From the human T2T-CHM13v2.0 reference genome, Homo sapiens: a DNA stretch of 64,000 bases. A program made the position numbers and the translations under genes. Below, piece by piece: positions 59,065 through 64,000 of the stretch (the first letter of the stretch is position 1; every line of letters starts with the position of its first letter). The notes under the pieces were generated by a model, which was given only the letters and a program-made list of their open reading frames with translations, did no database searches and had not been told where the DNA came from. The DNA is taken from the NCBI GenBank assembly GCA_009914755.4, contig CP086569.2, positions 11,552,001 through 11,616,000 of the forward strand, written 5' to 3'.

Positions 59065-59085
59065 AGGAAAGAAAGAAAAGAAAGA
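58790..59085 (+). repeat. L1 3'-end fragment (58790-58878) whose tail has expanded into a (GAAA)n/(AAAG)n microsatellite of about 205 bp (58879-59085)
   Basis: ggtacagcaaaccaccatggcacatgtatacctgtgtaacaaacctgaatgttctgcacatgtatcctggaaatcaaagtaaaattaaaaaag is followed by gaaagaaagaaagagaaagaaag... tracts. Confidence 0.85.
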
Positions 59086-59519
59086 CCCACATGCAAGGCT
59101 AGAGTTTTCGAGTTCCAAGTTCCAATTCTCTCATTGAGAAGAGTGGCTCACTGTGCCTAAACTGTTTATACAAACAATGTGGTTTACTCTGAACAGCTGC
59201 TTTTCCTCTGGGAGTCTGGAATTCTGGTACATGTGAAGGAGAGTAACCTCCATAAAATCCTGAGTACTGAGTCTCTAATGAGACTCTGGTCCTGGTAGAT
59301 GACATTGCACATGTGCTGTCAAAATTTCATGCTGGGAAAGAGAAACACATCCTTGTAACTCCACAGGAGATGATTCCAGGAAGCTTGTGCCTGGTATCCT
59401 CCAGACTTTACCACATACAACTTTTTCCCTTTGCTAATTTTGCTTTGTATCCATTCACTATAATAAATTAAAAACCTGAGTATTACTAAAAAAAAAAAAG
59501 AGAGAGAGAGAAATCCTGG

Positions 59520-60655
59520 AAAGCAGAGAACCATAGAAAGTTTGAGAAAAGTTCTCCACACATATGGCCGATTGGAAAAGTATGGAAGTGCAGGAAAGAC
59601 TCAAGAGAGCATGACAAAAAGTAAAAATGAAGTAAGACTTGAGTATTAATTGCAACTTTGAATGCATTCACCTACCCACCCACAGATTATTTGGCAGAGA
59701 GCGGAAGCCTTACTAGCTTTAATATAATGTCTCTCAAAAATCATGCTATGCAACAGACACAAAGGAAATCCCTAGAAAAACAGGCTAAAACAACAGTAAC
59801 AACAACAACACAATATAAAAGACATCAATGTTGAAAACCACTAGGCAGAAGGATTACACAGCACAAGTATAGGCCAATTACAAAAACAGAACAACAACAA
59901 AGACAGTAACAAATAAAAACCAAATCCAGATTTGCTATAATGTGTAATTAAAGTGTTTAGTTTTAAATTAAAAATTATCAGACATGTAAGGAAACAGGAA
60001 AATATGACTCATACTCTGGAAAAAAAGCAGTGAATAGAAACTGTCTCAATTCAGATATTGGATTTAGAAAGAAAGTTTTCAAAGTATATATTATAAATAT
60101 GTTCAAATTAAAAATATGATAATGTGTTGTCTAATAGAGAATATGAATAAGGAGACAGAATACGTTTAAAAATAGAATCTAGAATTTAAAAGTACAACAG
60201 TTAAAGTGAAAAAATCACCAGCGAGGTTCAGTAGCATATTTGACCTTGTGAAAGAAAGTATCAGTGAACTTGAAGGTAGACCAATAGAGGTTAATCAATC
60301 TGAAGAACAAAAAGAAAAAAGAATGAAGGATAATAAACAGATCCTCAGAAACTTATGGGATACGATCAGGAGCACTAACATACGCATAATGGGAATTCCA
60401 GGAGAAGAGAGAGATAAGAGGGCAGAAAAATATTTGAAAACATAATGTCTGAAAACTTCAAAAATGCTATGAAAAACATTAATCTTCAGATATAAGACAT
60501 CCAACAAATCTCAACTAGGATAAACACAAAGAGATTCACACCTAGAGCCATCCTTGTCAAATTGGTGAAAACCAAGGATAATAAGAAAATCATGAAAGTA
60601 GCAAGAGACGGCTTATCACATACAGGGGAACAATAATGTTATCAATACTGGCATT
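59520..60655 (+). mobile_element. Old L1 (ORF1 region), the host element split by the young L1 insertion. It continues at 63257-63720.
   Basis: 60206..60445 translates as MKKSPARFSSIFDLVKESISELEGRPIEVNQSEEQKEKRMKDNKQILRNLWDTIRSTNIRIMGIPGEERDKRAEKYLKT (L1 ORF1). 63257-63560 continues the ORF1 C-terminus (...EAEIKTFPYK...ETLKKMLLR...). Confidence 0.7.
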
Positions 60656-63319
<2,664 letters not shown>

Positions 63320-63539
63320 TAACTGTCAATTAAGAATTCTGTATCCAGTTAATGATCCTTCAAATATGAAGCTGAAATAAAGACATTTCCATATAAATAA
63401 AAATAAAAAGAACTTATCCTTGCTAAAGAAACACTAAAGAAAATGCTTTTAAGATAAAAGGATATGACACCAGATGACAACTTGAACCTATAAGGAATAA
63501 ACGGCACGGGAAATGGTAAATAAATTTGTAAGTATAAAA

Positions 63540-63571
<32 letters not shown>

Positions 63572-63580
63572 CTGTGTGTA
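63540..63580. repeat. (TG)n microsatellite
   Basis: gtgtgtgtgtgtgtgtgtgtgtgtgtgtctgtgtg. Confidence 0.9.
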
Positions 63581-63853
63581 TTCTGATTTCATCTCTTTTT
63601 TTAAAAAAGCATCTGATTATTATAGGCAATAACTATAACAATACTACTGAGTTCATAGCATATAAGAGATACATTGGATCAAAGTTGCTATATAACACTG
63701 GAATTAAGTAAAAATTATTAAACCAAAGTAGATTGTAAAAAGTGAAGGTGATTGATTATTATAATCCCCAAAGGTACTTGGGAGGCTGAGATAGAAGTAT
63801 TGCTTGAGGCTAGGAGTTTGAGACTAGCCCGAGCAACACAATGAAGCTCTGTT

Positions 63854-64000
63854 GATATAGTTTGGATATGTGTCCCTGCCCAAATCTCGTGTTGAATTGT
63901 AATCCCCAAAGTTGGTGATAGGTCCTGCTGGGAGGTGAATGGATCATGGGGGCACATTTCTCATGAATCGTTATTGCTGGCTAATTTGGTATTTTTAGTA
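63854..64000 (+). mobile_element. 5' end of a MaLR LTR (MST/THE1-like), truncated by the window edge and preceded by an Alu fragment at 63755-63850
   Basis: tgatatagtttggatatgtgtccctgcccaaatctcgtgttgaattgtaatccccaaagttggtgataggtcctgctgggaggtgaatggatcatggggg. Confidence 0.75.

Noticed and set aside
58541-59137. ORFs 58541..59092 (-), 58820..59137 (+) and 58870..59118 (-) encoding K/E/R-rich or S/F/L-rich low-complexity proteins
   Set aside because: They are artefacts of translating the (GAAA)n microsatellite in different frames.

Overview
This window reads as primate (human-like) pericentromeric or subtelomeric-type DNA, not a prokaryotic locus. It opens with a 68-bp beta-satellite array split by an Alu. 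That array abuts a single GC-rich D4Z4-like unit holding a DUX4-like double-homeobox ORF, which is in one frame from ATG to stop except for two in-frame TGA codons. The unit ends in a second truncated copy of the ATG-proximal sequence fused to more beta satellite. Next comes a near full-length PABPC1 processed pseudogene (+) with its 5'UTR A-rich element, 3'UTR, a poly-A remnant and a roughly 400-bp foreign insertion. On the minus strand I reconstructed nine consecutive exons of an SLC9B (NHA-type Na+/H+ antiporter) family gene copy, most like SLC9B1 from memory. All nine have canonical splice sites, they span 9929-55023, and they carry a single in-frame TGA in one exon, so I call it a pseudogene. 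The rest is dense interspersed repeat: about 30 Alu copies, MIRs, MaLR-type LTRs, old L1s and a full-length roughly 6.15-kb L1PA with a 20-bp target-site duplication. There is also a young 5'-inverted (twin-priming) L1 with a 15-16 bp target-site duplication nested in an older L1, and many microsatellites. I found no tRNA, rRNA or CRISPR array. All family assignments come from my recollection of consensus sequences and protein families, not from database searches. Coordinates of repeats are approximate (about +/-10 bp).
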